Origin: a virus
DNA length: 64,000 nucleotides
Virus record (IMG/VR): IMGVR_UViG_3300035565_000042
Coordinates: 1 to 64,000 of that record
Direction: 5' to 3' (one strand)
Shown here: one piece after another, positions 12,801-21,474 of the stretch
Layout of the letters: every line of letters starts with the position of its first letter
Numbering within the stretch: the stretch's first letter is position 1
Translations under genes and position numbers: made by a program
Notes under the pieces: model-generated
The model's database searches: none
Told to the model about the DNA's origin: nothing
Seen by the model: the letters and a program-made list of their open reading frames with translations, nothing else

Positions 12801-15800
12801 TTCAGCAACCGTGATGAATTCTATGAGTTCTGCCGGAAGAACGGAGCTCGGATGATGGACGTTAACATGAATGCCGTTGGTCATGCATTCAAGAAAGCTG
12901 TATTCATTGATCCGAATTTTCCAGTACAAGAAGCATTATTCCATGAATACGGACATATCTATTGGGATGGATTGCCTGATGATGTAAGATCAAAACTTGA
13001 ACTCAGAAAGTTATACAAGGAGATATTCCCACATCTTGATGGTGAAGATCTTGATGAGAAGATTATCATTGATATTGGTCGTGCTGGCACCGATATGGCA
13101 AATACTTTTGCTTATTCTAAGTTTGGCAGATTTACAGAGACTCTTAAAGATTTCTGGAGATCAGTAAAACAGTTCTTTGGAAAATATAACAAAACAGACC
13201 TTGTCAATGATATGGCTTATGACATCTGGAGAAACAAGAATAAGTTTGGGACTCTCTCTTCAAATGTCATCAAGGAAATGCATAACCTGATCGAGTATGA
13301 CAGTTCAATAGAAGGATTTAACAGAGACAAGCCAAACCATACAGTAATTGTAGGTAATGTTCATCTGCCCGGGATTCATTCAGTAATCAACAGGGCCAAA
13401 CAGAATAAGTTTGATCCTGACGATACTATTCAGAAGAACCTTGACAAGTTCACTCAGTTCTACAAAGAAAATAATGCTGGCCGGGAACCAACGGATGATG
13501 AGACTGCATTGTTTATCCACAACACTATGAACCGCTGGAATGCACGTACCGAAGCTGGTAATGCTGCACATATGGTAGCACAGGAGATCTTTGGTGGTGT
13601 ACAGATGGATGAAGAAACAAGCAAACGTTTCGCACCGGGAGTACTTAATCAGATGCGTTCTTCTATGACTCAGATGCGTCAGGAACTTGAACATAAATAT
13701 CCGGAATGCAAGTTCTATACTGAACATGATCTGATATCAATGGATCATAACTATTTTGGTGTTGCAGACCTTATAATGGATATTGGCAATAATCATCTTC
13801 ATGTTTTCGATTTCAAGACTACGGAGAACGAATATAAAGATGCAGATGGTATTATAACTCCATGGTATAAAAAACCATTCGGCCTCATGCTTCCGCCAGT
13901 ATCGAATGTTCAGGAGTCAAGATATTCAGAACATAAGATGCAACTTGCACTTGAGGCTATTGCACTTGAGGAACAGGAAAATCCTGATCATCCCGGAGAG
14001 AAGAATGTCATTGATGGAATGTATATCGTTCCGGTTATCCAGACCATGGGAGATGATGGACTTGTGAAGAGATCATACATATCAAAGATTGTTGAGATTC
14101 CCGGGGAAGACAGATCAAGAGTAATGGATAATATCATTCCTGTAGAAGTCAATGGTAAAGACAGAGAATATGCACAACTGATCCTTAATTCATATAATGA
14201 AACAGTCAAGAACTTAAAAGAGATATATGCTGAGTTTGACAAGAAGTTACAGGATGAGAAAATGCCACAGCATCTTCGTGATATGTATATGGCAATGTAT
14301 TCCTATTTCAGTTCATCGTTTAACCACAAGATGGGAGAACTTGACCATAAGGATCTTGATGGTATAAGACTTGCTGCAGATAAGAATCTATACAATACCT
14401 TACTTGATCTTGGATATGAAGTAAAAGATATTAAGACAATGCCTACAGAAGTTCTTGTCAACGCAATGGCAAGAGGAATATCGAAAGCACAATATCTTGG
14501 TGGTGGCGGTGGCGGAACATTCTATCATCAGGTACCAGTAGACCCAGAGACTGTAGGGTTATATGGATCGACAGAGAAAGTTCCTAATCCAGCATACAAA
14601 CCATTTGATGGATATTATCACAAAGAAATCGGTGGTATTGATGTTTATTTCCATGAAGCCGGCACGCAGACATTAAAGCTAGGAGATCCTGTTCTTCGTC
14701 TTTGGGAGACAACTTATCAGAGTCAGAAATATTCTTCTCATGATTTCAAGACTGTAGTATCAGTAGATGCAAATAAGAAAACTGTTACACTGAAAGATAA
14801 TGATACCGGAGCTACAACAACTGAACCTAATGTTGAAGGCAATAGTGGTATTCTAAAGATTCATGAAGGAGAGATCGATAAACCTATTACTGATAACTAC
14901 GTTCCAAGTACATTGACTCAACAGCGTGATCTTACTCAGACGCATTGGGATTATGGTCAGGAACCATTTCCAGGAGAGAAGAGTCCGAAAGCCATGGAAG
15001 AACAACAGAAATTCTACATGATCCGTAAGCGACTATGGTCATTCTATAATCGGTATGATACCCGTGAGAAACTTCTCGAGCTTCTGGATAATTATCAGCA
15101 AGTAGTTGAGGAATTCAATAAGCTTAATGAACTCAAGAGTGAGGATCCTAATTGGATAGCAAAAGGACTTCACACTTTACTTGGTGAGACATTGATGAAC
15201 CATGATATGGCCCGGCAGTTGAATGATGAAGTTGACAAGGATGGAAAGCCTACTACATTTATGCCATTAGCAATGAATATCTATCATATGCTTACCGGTG
15301 ATAACGCTGCTATAACAATGAGATTTGGAGGATTCCATCGGTTTGCCGAGTACTTTGAACCGGAAAGGATGATCCCAGGGCAGTATATCGGATTCAGTTA
15401 TGCCATGTCAATGAAGAACCAGGCTCTCTTCAAAGTACATGAAGATCAATATGACATGCTTAAGAAACTTGATCCTATTATTGGTAATCTCAACAGAGAT
15501 AATATTACGATCAAGATGGGTAATAAACTCTTCTGGGCAAGTCCTGACCGGAATGGATTAAGTGAAGACGAGAGAAAATTCTTAAGAGAAGTATACAAAA
15601 ACTATTATACCTACACAGAGAAGTTTTTCAGTATTGCTCAACGATATGACAAGATGGGCAAACCGGTTGGTATTAATGAAGAGAATGGAATGTCAATGTA
15701 TCCTCAGCTTATTCCTGTAAACAGGGTAAGTGCAACAACCGGTGAGTTTGAAGATCTGTTAGGAGATGGAAAGAAAGGAAGAAAGTGGGGTTCTGCTATT

Positions 15801-18317
15801 CATGATGTGATGACTGACCCTAAGTTTGATAATGTATCTATAGTTGTCGATCCAAAGAATCCTGGCAAGACTGTTAAATTCGGGGATTTCAAAGATCAGT
15901 TCATGATCGAGAACGCTACAGATGCAGAGATTGAACAATGGATGGGCAAGAAATATCGGTACTGGCTGAAGTCTCATAAGATATTCCCAGATATGTCTAC
16001 AGGAAAACTGTATGATGCTTACATGCAGGCCCAGAAGAAGTACTACGAATCAGATAGGAGTAATACCGGAAGACGTATAACATCAATGGCTGATCAGAAA
16101 TCGAAGTATGCAACAAAACATTTTGTTGAGTCTGAGATTGAGGTCATGAAGTCGAATATCTGGGCTTTTCACATGAAACACGTTCTTGCTTCTACTGACT
16201 ATGTTTTATCGCATTACGCAGGCGTTAAGAATGTCCATGACTATCTTCAACAGTATATGGACTTGATGTTGTTCAAGAAAAGTCCAAGAGAGAATAAGGC
16301 ACTTACCGGATTTGTAAATACCATTATGCAATGGAAGTCATTCTCTACAATGGTATATTCACTCAAGACACAACAGTATAACTTTGCCGTTGGCCAGGCA
16401 ATGGATATCACTCGTGAGCCAGCTGCCTATGCAACTGGGATGAAACGTATGGGCCTCAATCCTGAGAACTTTACAAAGGCATTCAATATTCTTCGCAGGG
16501 AAGGCCTTGGCAATATCGTAGACGAGTCAAGATTCAATGAGATATCCAAGCAACACGGACTTGCTCTTGAATGGTCACAGGGCAAGAAATTCGCTCCCTG
16601 GACACTGGATAAGTTCCTTAACAAAGGATATCTTCCTATGGAATGGGTAGAAAGGATGAACCAGTTCCCGATCTTTACCGGACTCATGACTGATGCAGAA
16701 TGGAATGCTTATGACAAGAATGGTGAGATTGTACCCGGTCATGAACAAGATGCATTATCATTTTCTCGCAAGTATATTCTTTCATCAAGAGTCAAGGATA
16801 TACATGGTGACTATACTCCGGAGAATGCAGCTCCATTCTGGAATACTAATGCCGGGGCATTGTTCATGCAGTTCATCAAGTGGGTACCAGCAAAATTATA
16901 TTCTCAGTTTGTACCTTATCATTTCGATAGGAATTACATGATACGTTCCGGGATATTTCCTACCATAAAGACTTATCTGAATATTGTAAGGTTTAATAAT
17001 ATTGGCGAAGAAAGCAGAAGACTTGAATACAAACAAGCTCTTGAAAGATGGCCAGATGCAGACAAGGCAGAAGAACATAACAAGTGGGTTGCAGAGAAAT
17101 ATGCTGGTAATCCGGATATGATTGCCAAGATGTCCATTGATACTAAGAACCTGAAGAAAAGCACATTCAATCTGCAACAGCAATTTCTGCAAGGAACCAG
17201 GGATTATATGCAGATGCTTGAAGCCGGACGTAATGGAGGGCGGATCAAATATGCAGATCTGGCAGAACAAGATCATCGCAATCTCATGTCAGGAATAATA
17301 GGCCTTGCAATGTTTGGTGGTTTCGCTGCCGGCATAGGTGCATTGATGGAATCAAAGAAAAAACTGAAGGGTTTCTGGCCGACACAGAAAGAATGGTTAC
17401 TTCGCTTCTTCACTCGTTATTCCGGAGATATGTATCTTGCATCGAATATGGGACCAACACTTAACCAGGCATCGTCAGGCAACTTCTTTGAATCAAAGGC
17501 AAAGAATCTTATTCCAGCACTCTCTCTTGGTACTAACCTCATGAAAGGCGTAAGAGACTTTACTGAGTATATACATGGACTTGCCTTGAAAGCTTTCGAT
17601 CCGGACAGTTATAGTGAGAATTTGCTTGATACAGACTTCGGCAGGTATACCAAGATGACGGATTACAATGATGTTGGGGATGCCAAGTGGATCTATGATC
17701 TATTCAATGTACTTCCCGGAGGTGCTGCAATAAAAGCTCTTGAACAACGTCGTATGCAGGTTATTTATGCAAAACCATATAAGGAATATCTTGAGAAGAA
17801 TGAGCATATGAGCCCGGAATTCATTGAGGCTATCAGTAATGTTGTTGATGTAACGAAGTCCACAAAACAGATCATGGATGATGCTAAGCGTGGAGAGACA
17901 TTAAAGAAAGCGCTTCCTATGTCTTTACTATGGGATGCCATGACAAAAGATCAACTCTTCTCGTATCGTGATGCATTACAAGGCAAGGCAGTATTCAATA
18001 AAACAAAATCTCTTTCCCAGGATGCTGCATATCTGTATCAGTGGTTACAGCAGTATCCTTTATCGCAAGAAGATCTTGATTCTATACTTGAGAAGGCTGG
18101 AAAGATGGAAGAATTCCTGAAGAAAGGGGAAGGCCGTTCTGACAAAGAGAAGATGGATAAACTCTACAAAGCAATAGATTTCTACAAAGATGGAAATCCA
18201 GATAGTCTATTCAATGTTGACGATATACTTTCGAAATATAAAAATACTCCTATGAATAAGCGTATTGATTTAACTCGCCCAAAAACTGTTATTGAAAAAT
18301 TAAGAACGGGAAAGTAA
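3855..18317 (+). CDS. Giant virion-packaged two-barrel RNA polymerase polyprotein with zincin-like and PD-(D/E)xK domains, 4820 aa
   Basis: STRVPAHG (RxP) followed by GSDFDGDQ (nt 10710-10724); ALFHEYGHIYW (12942-12956); GVADLI...VFDFKT (13758-13820); C-terminal HGDY...GALFMQFIKW region. Matches the known architecture of crAss-like vRNAP proteins. Confidence 0.88.
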   Translation: MLSIEDKGPDPSKGVSIDSFSYGNDITKNAPVVLKNQQQPETDKGPDPSKGVPLDALRPENPEQFQLPDTEAKTSVTPLDPNKGLKERQDELDKQIAKLNNYKAEITKKPFLSTINDALFDHTFSLGNEDEKKKKIQDVDETLTKLTAERQTIANKIAPITPEVMKDINDKTSFSVDKNNIFTTKFSDAIEKYGLPQINRAYTEYWNQQFEKDAKDDVKHYEQMGDTKQMFTYNAVKYGEMPTLNPEETTEIRTLWDKIRNSPEFNGKYSTSPITYDNQVNVANQMVKEFVDSKHLNDENVDTKQKSDDWIKYSKVISSMMQYNPDNGAVTVQGLQAFARANTGQINDRISQLQSIANNLNTIEDKYNKNPESKPPWFVENGTPEQAQKSFNNYQAYKQYVNTELTTLQKTQTLNNAIYNLPLNKNAKKEVGAFGKKNDPSNIDMLDFKAAGLDELSQSQDIVDLNKRVYAGEHLSWGEQKAVELATILNTSLHGKTLETPDLTLKGPSLGFKNVTPASLTGDYLSGIDIPRARDNHELKHLWQLPFATAGELSHAYGSIAHMFDWVQNKMEQGIANIAFGDKTGDKWYDLKKRGLIPNYIGIGGNDETGMLVDMFNEFSEKMPGLPVTSGSPFANAMWSGYKSTVDIIPDIGMTLFMPEAGVPKILAELGVKSFGKWAMYLGAKGMIEKAEESEEGTIKQKLTAPLIGGLEGAAQGFMYDALGIMASKAGSLLARKTMPKLMFADGFEKIDPTSRVSDLKGENVPIFKSTDEALNYQLGSLGYSTLVNMVSFAGMNIIDEYARTGKISAESGVSGAMTGFMLIAKDAGQLLTAKAMNMLVVAPDEFVYRLYTSKVTSEQMAKKAQDLIQGVHEKRSKNVKQDLYLARVCQNMAELKGLLEEHKNDPKAIESIILQSKLEKGTKKYIIQKLKIASKEKAQEGAPLFPKKPKITEADAESIQKHNEEIKGKYPDLYSNGLLEVDKQSGAFIEPDAATLFAIHDQLSEDIDKLSKRNAHDDYINPDKDAIAKINEQLKSLPDTPENTNSRNALLAQIETIRKMPSPELTKLLNQRVAVENHLNEIASNVKLPFNYKLPSEKHQELLNRVATGEPVTGTVSIPGQAIHRMLITMPNGDQVNAYRGTAPGIEETKEEFEERNKLALGAARSKTPVTLKYIPKAEWNPDDKAFESFVNPFTGEVEHVPYGDKLDVMVGDKSIGSVQVHDYSEQQLMRSKFNKAIELAQASENEIVHNLSFDADGKPEMGKKKEKKMQKLVSDMVSGLSNALSTVKTEDVIPWLKGQIDNNNKLKQPEKDFIKNFIDKNKQTISENVMTRRLMDAGFKTQVKGFDPSSMILPENENPALNQSQKIAESLKTFTPIWNDMSNRYNQSQGRLQMEFNRMALNGDISEITNQDTWKAWLLKHRTADDVNNAIVDYLMDMHFPVAVSMLDFYHSVRPVRKIGVYVEKGVIYTKDLNPSESYEDFVNRFGSTLKATGIDKIKELILNRRREQEEAFKYENALSADELYKIKTEQFEKDLDLLFNVTGVSKDVWKQYFQQRTNETKAYAKEGDKRKTDYKTFDNLMRNKVYRRGKKGDYLWRQGDIIFNLLKGNASPAGKDPEQASADIIKYFTEGRDADEDHNVVFSNLYKLSTALGNREDIGIDGRDIKGDHMTSFEQNSNIFTQADNILESAIDNPITRLHKENGVPMQIIIVNGLHNLDINKYKKGTPAEDMSMEDIWATQVSMFANGLDTYQHSIGQFADKPSIYVIEAPKVTNPTEEQFQALYKDLPKKDFDDAVEYLTKKYAYWQDDLYSKLAKNYEGDHFQKLHNMMKAFVYNYAMNTKASNEIFFGDLHSYSNVLNLVKRAGSSNSPGWNMNENVEGGIGSHVRVIVVNDKGIFDDKGNLITDKGADGAIFMSGAWAKRAQVSQGSVYNKEAVYPQLLSMKAVASWLSDATNKRGLYKGNFINVDAISEGTGSQAYKEIADFMKKNGIDVLIPKSSAKVVTDSEVANIYDEKGNFNPDFEVGEQHINNLKTSHIFVQQDLRHPDVPRTAKQPAQFLPNILILPEGGQIAGNISEMQRLSIEQFKDELNQKSSDEAKIDWLRENVNQFSQPDLFRLLDMGLTVDDPSYRKMMHTILSAAINKKVLEIPINRIATQEIPDLDGLSRPLRKTSDGKHVMLPDIATSYRNGREEDERFKGKVQDAIDHINTHAEEYRDLFDDNGKLMKWEIEERDGIIPGEVIISTRVPAHGLPSHTVARLRKNLPGNFTMIDRKGQTNSGSDFDGDQRYNQVFYKRKGNSFFDDTKEGIANHNMMLMVYAYTHPDNFDLINRKIDVNAYDDILEKIGKPSVKLSIDPMAYEAARLNNMVGVTSKGIMTDMMTVYNLLSKHNIRLRNRKYIPVGSGIVEAERFVSGNIMLDQIIKDQYGAVRNHLANLENMSFDNTKDPKIEALGCNEITFPMVILSVIADSRNSSEHFKSFEEHYQHLHDAIGRTMQYMNSPLVREFVSIARRNNGGIRNGDMQSIFENLEHTAETESNEKTPRFTVRDVKDLRSLHFMSSELSDIRNLYRLTESAPTTYVDYIMAQRLVDKFKANNRENGLKIFDTSSFFTSQGEFRTEFRVIDRVLDMCRDYVFDDIPETSEVGKQIQAYVLQKMIGNNPKKLQLTKDELNDVCASINNAFNIRAIGLKQSFGKTSNELLELLPRLKAENPDNEFLKYIRVVKKNGVDTVSILPEYTHGKISDFQMKKIGEAFDKLESHTKDLFASYAIEKYGASSLTSNGGFYALFGDNYRVELSERARNEMNDWYFGDVSSADRLAIADWVIRANRSQDIRKLNDGYTNDRLMDMFTEPSIDVPIRRDALEGIGSIDDITQYLDQANQYEFNRTFSDWLRRELGIPEGTRKVTLKEAREFSTQYAKGRQAIADKFFPQTKEMDEEDVRQLHANDAVGTAMLTHDPELNKFIYDHLQKVFPDIKFFSNRDEFYEFCRKNGARMMDVNMNAVGHAFKKAVFIDPNFPVQEALFHEYGHIYWDGLPDDVRSKLELRKLYKEIFPHLDGEDLDEKIIIDIGRAGTDMANTFAYSKFGRFTETLKDFWRSVKQFFGKYNKTDLVNDMAYDIWRNKNKFGTLSSNVIKEMHNLIEYDSSIEGFNRDKPNHTVIVGNVHLPGIHSVINRAKQNKFDPDDTIQKNLDKFTQFYKENNAGREPTDDETALFIHNTMNRWNARTEAGNAAHMVAQEIFGGVQMDEETSKRFAPGVLNQMRSSMTQMRQELEHKYPECKFYTEHDLISMDHNYFGVADLIMDIGNNHLHVFDFKTTENEYKDADGIITPWYKKPFGLMLPPVSNVQESRYSEHKMQLALEAIALEEQENPDHPGEKNVIDGMYIVPVIQTMGDDGLVKRSYISKIVEIPGEDRSRVMDNIIPVEVNGKDREYAQLILNSYNETVKNLKEIYAEFDKKLQDEKMPQHLRDMYMAMYSYFSSSFNHKMGELDHKDLDGIRLAADKNLYNTLLDLGYEVKDIKTMPTEVLVNAMARGISKAQYLGGGGGGTFYHQVPVDPETVGLYGSTEKVPNPAYKPFDGYYHKEIGGIDVYFHEAGTQTLKLGDPVLRLWETTYQSQKYSSHDFKTVVSVDANKKTVTLKDNDTGATTTEPNVEGNSGILKIHEGEIDKPITDNYVPSTLTQQRDLTQTHWDYGQEPFPGEKSPKAMEEQQKFYMIRKRLWSFYNRYDTREKLLELLDNYQQVVEEFNKLNELKSEDPNWIAKGLHTLLGETLMNHDMARQLNDEVDKDGKPTTFMPLAMNIYHMLTGDNAAITMRFGGFHRFAEYFEPERMIPGQYIGFSYAMSMKNQALFKVHEDQYDMLKKLDPIIGNLNRDNITIKMGNKLFWASPDRNGLSEDERKFLREVYKNYYTYTEKFFSIAQRYDKMGKPVGINEENGMSMYPQLIPVNRVSATTGEFEDLLGDGKKGRKWGSAIHDVMTDPKFDNVSIVVDPKNPGKTVKFGDFKDQFMIENATDAEIEQWMGKKYRYWLKSHKIFPDMSTGKLYDAYMQAQKKYYESDRSNTGRRITSMADQKSKYATKHFVESEIEVMKSNIWAFHMKHVLASTDYVLSHYAGVKNVHDYLQQYMDLMLFKKSPRENKALTGFVNTIMQWKSFSTMVYSLKTQQYNFAVGQAMDITREPAAYATGMKRMGLNPENFTKAFNILRREGLGNIVDESRFNEISKQHGLALEWSQGKKFAPWTLDKFLNKGYLPMEWVERMNQFPIFTGLMTDAEWNAYDKNGEIVPGHEQDALSFSRKYILSSRVKDIHGDYTPENAAPFWNTNAGALFMQFIKWVPAKLYSQFVPYHFDRNYMIRSGIFPTIKTYLNIVRFNNIGEESRRLEYKQALERWPDADKAEEHNKWVAEKYAGNPDMIAKMSIDTKNLKKSTFNLQQQFLQGTRDYMQMLEAGRNGGRIKYADLAEQDHRNLMSGIIGLAMFGGFAAGIGALMESKKKLKGFWPTQKEWLLRFFTRYSGDMYLASNMGPTLNQASSGNFFESKAKNLIPALSLGTNLMKGVRDFTEYIHGLALKAFDPDSYSENLLDTDFGRYTKMTDYNDVGDAKWIYDLFNVLPGGAAIKALEQRRMQVIYAKPYKEYLEKNEHMSPEFIEAISNVVDVTKSTKQIMDDAKRGETLKKALPMSLLWDAMTKDQLFSYRDALQGKAVFNKTKSLSQDAAYLYQWLQQYPLSQEDLDSILEKAGKMEEFLKKGEGRSDKEKMDKLYKAIDFYKDGNPDSLFNVDDILSKYKNTPMNKRIDLTRPKTVIEKLRTGK

Positions 18318-18346
18318 AAAAGAATTAACTTTAAAAGAAAAAAGAT

Positions 18347-18958
18347 ATGGCTTTTTCAAATGTAACATTGCTCTCCGTGGTTCAGGAATCACAGGACGCT
18401 ACAGAAATAAGAATTTGGGACGAATCTACCTGGGGAGGACAGTCCGGAAATGTAACTGGTGCTTGCATTGTCATATCTTATTATGACAGTGATGGTGATC
18501 TAAAGTCACTCGATCCATACTACCTGATTGTCGGCCAGACAAAAACCAAATGGGATGAGTATCTTGATAAGCAAAATGGTCATATTATCGACATTGATGA
18601 CCTTACTGTCAGCGGAGTTGCTTTTGGCGACAAGTTTACAGATGGATACTACATTGTCACACTCTATGTCACTGATGGCACATATGGTACTTTCATTGCT
18701 GGTGGATGGCTTAAATATGCCAATTCTCAGGCTTTCCTTGCTAGGGCAAGATTCACATCAAGGAAGTTACCAGCAACACTTACATGGCCTCTTACCGACG
18801 AAGTAAGGGTAGTAAATAAGGATATCTTCCTCTTGCAGATGTATCTCAATGCCGCGGAAGATGCTGCCGACTACGGTCTCCTCACAGAGTTTAATAACAT
18901 CATAACTCTTGTGAATGCAATATTCTCGTATTACAAAATCGAAAATATCTGGTCATGA
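18347..18958 (+). CDS. Putative virion structural protein, 203 aa
   Basis: Beta-rich N-part and helical C-part; lies in the tail module; function from context only. Confidence 0.45.
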   Translation: MAFSNVTLLSVVQESQDATEIRIWDESTWGGQSGNVTGACIVISYYDSDGDLKSLDPYYLIVGQTKTKWDEYLDKQNGHIIDIDDLTVSGVAFGDKFTDGYYIVTLYVTDGTYGTFIAGGWLKYANSQAFLARARFTSRKLPATLTWPLTDEVRVVNKDIFLLQMYLNAAEDAADYGLLTEFNNIITLVNAIFSYYKIENIWS

Positions 18959-19206
18959 CACAGGACGATCTTGATACTCAGGTAGACCTTCTATGTAGTA
19001 GTGAGGTAAAACTTGCCAGTATTGCAGCGACAATGCGCAGGCAAGGTGATCCGCAGGTTTCATTCAGGGAAGATGATCTCATGCTTCTTCAGAACTGTCT
19101 TGTCACTCTGAAGTTTTATGATGTTACTTCTTTGCTTCTCACCGATGCAGAAATAGAAACTGCAATACAACTTGGTACGTCGACAATACTTAAATGGACA
19201 CGATAA
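18955..19206 (+). CDS. Hypothetical protein, 83 aa
   Basis: ATGA overlap with the previous gene; acidic, helical. Confidence 0.55.
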   Translation: MTQDDLDTQVDLLCSSEVKLASIAATMRRQGDPQVSFREDDLMLLQNCLVTLKFYDVTSLLLTDAEIETAIQLGTSTILKWTR

Positions 19207-21473
19207 TGGGCGGAAGTAAACCATTCGGATCAACAAAGGAATTTCCAAAGATGAGCCAGCCTTCCGGAAAGGAAATGCTGCCACATCCGGCATCAAACTC
19301 AATAAACTTTATTGATCTTGCCGATACGTTCCTGAGTTATGCAGGTAAGGCAAACTATTATCTTCGGATAAATGCTGGAGAGAATGGTATTACTGCTGTA
19401 AGTACGGTAAGTCTTGATACTGCATTCCTTGATCTCACAGATACCTTTGCAAGTTATTCCGGGAAAGCTGGCTTTGCTGTTGTTGTTAATTCCGGAGCTA
19501 CAGGACTGGAAGCTACTGCAAAACCATTTCTGCAAGGAGTAAATGCTGATTTTCAACTGCACGAAATAAAGAACATCGTTATTGATCACGTCACATCAAA
19601 TCCAGCAACTCCCTCTGAAGGTCAGTTATGGTACAATACTACAACTCATATACTGAGGTATTATGATGGAACTAACAATATCGATATCACGAATCTTGGC
19701 GGTAACTTTCATTCTCTCTCTTCCTCTTCTTATCTTTCCACTCATGAGATCCCGGTCTATGATACAATAGGTGGTGCTTATCATAAGATAACTCTTGGAG
19801 ATTTACCAACAACTACAGAATTTGCAGAAATAGATGTAGACAGCGGAGATGACATTGTCGCTTCATCTGAAGGGGTTGTAACACTTGCTGGCGATGGAGT
19901 CCTGGCAACATTTGTAGGATCATTAACTCCGGATACTATTACTCTGACATTGTCAACACAGACAATGAATCTTATCTTTGCCGGCCCTCCAAGTGGATCT
20001 GCTGCCAAACCTACATTCAGGGCAATGGTAGATGCTGATCTTCCTTCGAGTTATCATAATGCTGTCTGGGATACTCTCGTATCAACTCCATTGACTTCTC
20101 TTGTACCATATACTGGAGCAACTGCTTCTGTAGATCTTGGTGATCAGACATTGTCAACAACCGGCCGGGCAACGGTTGGTGACATAACGATAGTCAATAC
20201 TCCGGTTGTCTCAACTGATGCCGCCACAGTAGGATATGTAAATCTTATCGTAGCTCTGGGAATATTCTGGGTTGCAGCTGTTGAGGATATTGTTTCATCA
20301 TTACCAGGAGGAACACCTGCTTCCGGGCTTCGCTACATACTTTCCACTAATAAAAAAATATATACTGCCAATGGTTCTGGAGGTTATGATACACCTTCTG
20401 CTACAACAACCGGAACAACTTGTTTCGTTAAGTCAAATGCTGCAGCTCCGACAAATGAAATAGGGCCCTACACATACAATGGATCAGACTGGGTTTATAT
20501 TGGAGCCGGCCAGATACATAATGATCTTTCGTCGATACAAGGAGGAACAACTGCAGAATACTATCATCTTACTTTAGCACAACATGCTGTTGCTATCCAG
20601 GCAGCCACGGATAGTCTTAATGGTTATCTTTCTTCTGCAGACTGGTCATACTTCGATTCAAAGGCTGACTATCCTCATGCTCATGATGATGGTATCTTTG
20701 ACTGGAGTATGAGCGGAAATGGATCCTACGTGGCCTACGCTGCGAAATCCGCGGGTTGTTTTGATAGTGGTGCTGTTGCTCCATCGCATACCAATCGATT
20801 GAATTACGATGGCTATCTGTACGCTACAAAGCTTTATTCAGCCAATACTGAAGTAAGTGTTACCGGACATACTCATGCTGAGTCAACGATAACCTTTACA
20901 GCGATAACTACAAATAACGTATCAATAACAAAACATGGTTACTGTCCTATTCTTCCTAACGATGCAACAAAGTATCTTGATGGTACGGGTGCCTGGACGG
21001 TTCCGGCAGGAAGTGGTGGCGGATCATCATTATGGTCAAGATCTGGTACTGTACTCTCTACATTGAATGCCGGAGATAAGGTTGCCATAGGAAGTACAAC
21101 ACCTGGTACATATATGCTTCACGTTACCGGTAATGGTTATTTTACTGGAGCTGTACAGGTAAACTGCGATATCCGGAATAAGATAGTTCTTGGGCCGGTT
21201 GAAGATGTCCTTGACAATATAATGAATATTGAGACCATAAGATTCATATACAAGGATGACGAGTTCAAAGAAAAAAGATGTGGTTTCTCAGCTCAGAATG
21301 TAAATAAGTTTTTCCCTTGTGTCGCTTCTTATTATGAAGAAACAGATCAGTATGGTATCGATCCTATTGGTGTAGGAGCTATGAATACAAAAGCTATACA
21401 GGAGCTCAGGGCCAGGTTTGAAAGAAGACTTGAGTTGCTTGAAAATGAGTTTGCAGATATCATAAGAAGATAA
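19194..21473 (+). CDS. Tail fibre protein with C-terminal intramolecular chaperone (peptidase S74-like)
   Basis: Two FxDLxDTFxSYxGKA repeats, EGQLWYNTT, GPPSGSAAKPTFR, HNDLSSIQGG..YYHL; Thr/Ser/Gly-rich. C-terminus reads CDIRNK...GFSAQNV...KAIQEL. Confidence 0.8.
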   Translation: MDTIMGGSKPFGSTKEFPKMSQPSGKEMLPHPASNSINFIDLADTFLSYAGKANYYLRINAGENGITAVSTVSLDTAFLDLTDTFASYSGKAGFAVVVNSGATGLEATAKPFLQGVNADFQLHEIKNIVIDHVTSNPATPSEGQLWYNTTTHILRYYDGTNNIDITNLGGNFHSLSSSSYLSTHEIPVYDTIGGAYHKITLGDLPTTTEFAEIDVDSGDDIVASSEGVVTLAGDGVLATFVGSLTPDTITLTLSTQTMNLIFAGPPSGSAAKPTFRAMVDADLPSSYHNAVWDTLVSTPLTSLVPYTGATASVDLGDQTLSTTGRATVGDITIVNTPVVSTDAATVGYVNLIVALGIFWVAAVEDIVSSLPGGTPASGLRYILSTNKKIYTANGSGGYDTPSATTTGTTCFVKSNAAAPTNEIGPYTYNGSDWVYIGAGQIHNDLSSIQGGTTAEYYHLTLAQHAVAIQAATDSLNGYLSSADWSYFDSKADYPHAHDDGIFDWSMSGNGSYVAYAAKSAGCFDSGAVAPSHTNRLNYDGYLYATKLYSANTEVSVTGHTHAESTITFTAITTNNVSITKHGYCPILPNDATKYLDGTGAWTVPAGSGGGSSLWSRSGTVLSTLNAGDKVAIGSTTPGTYMLHVTGNGYFTGAVQVNCDIRNKIVLGPVEDVLDNIMNIETIRFIYKDDEFKEKRCGFSAQNVNKFFPCVASYYEETDQYGIDPIGVGAMNTKAIQELRARFERRLELLENEFADIIRR

Positions 21474-21474
21474 T

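Noticed and set aside
4191-17276. Many minus-strand ORFs inside the vRNAP gene, and similar ORFs opposite other genes
   Set aside because: Shadow ORFs with hydrophobic, low-information composition typical of reverse frames.
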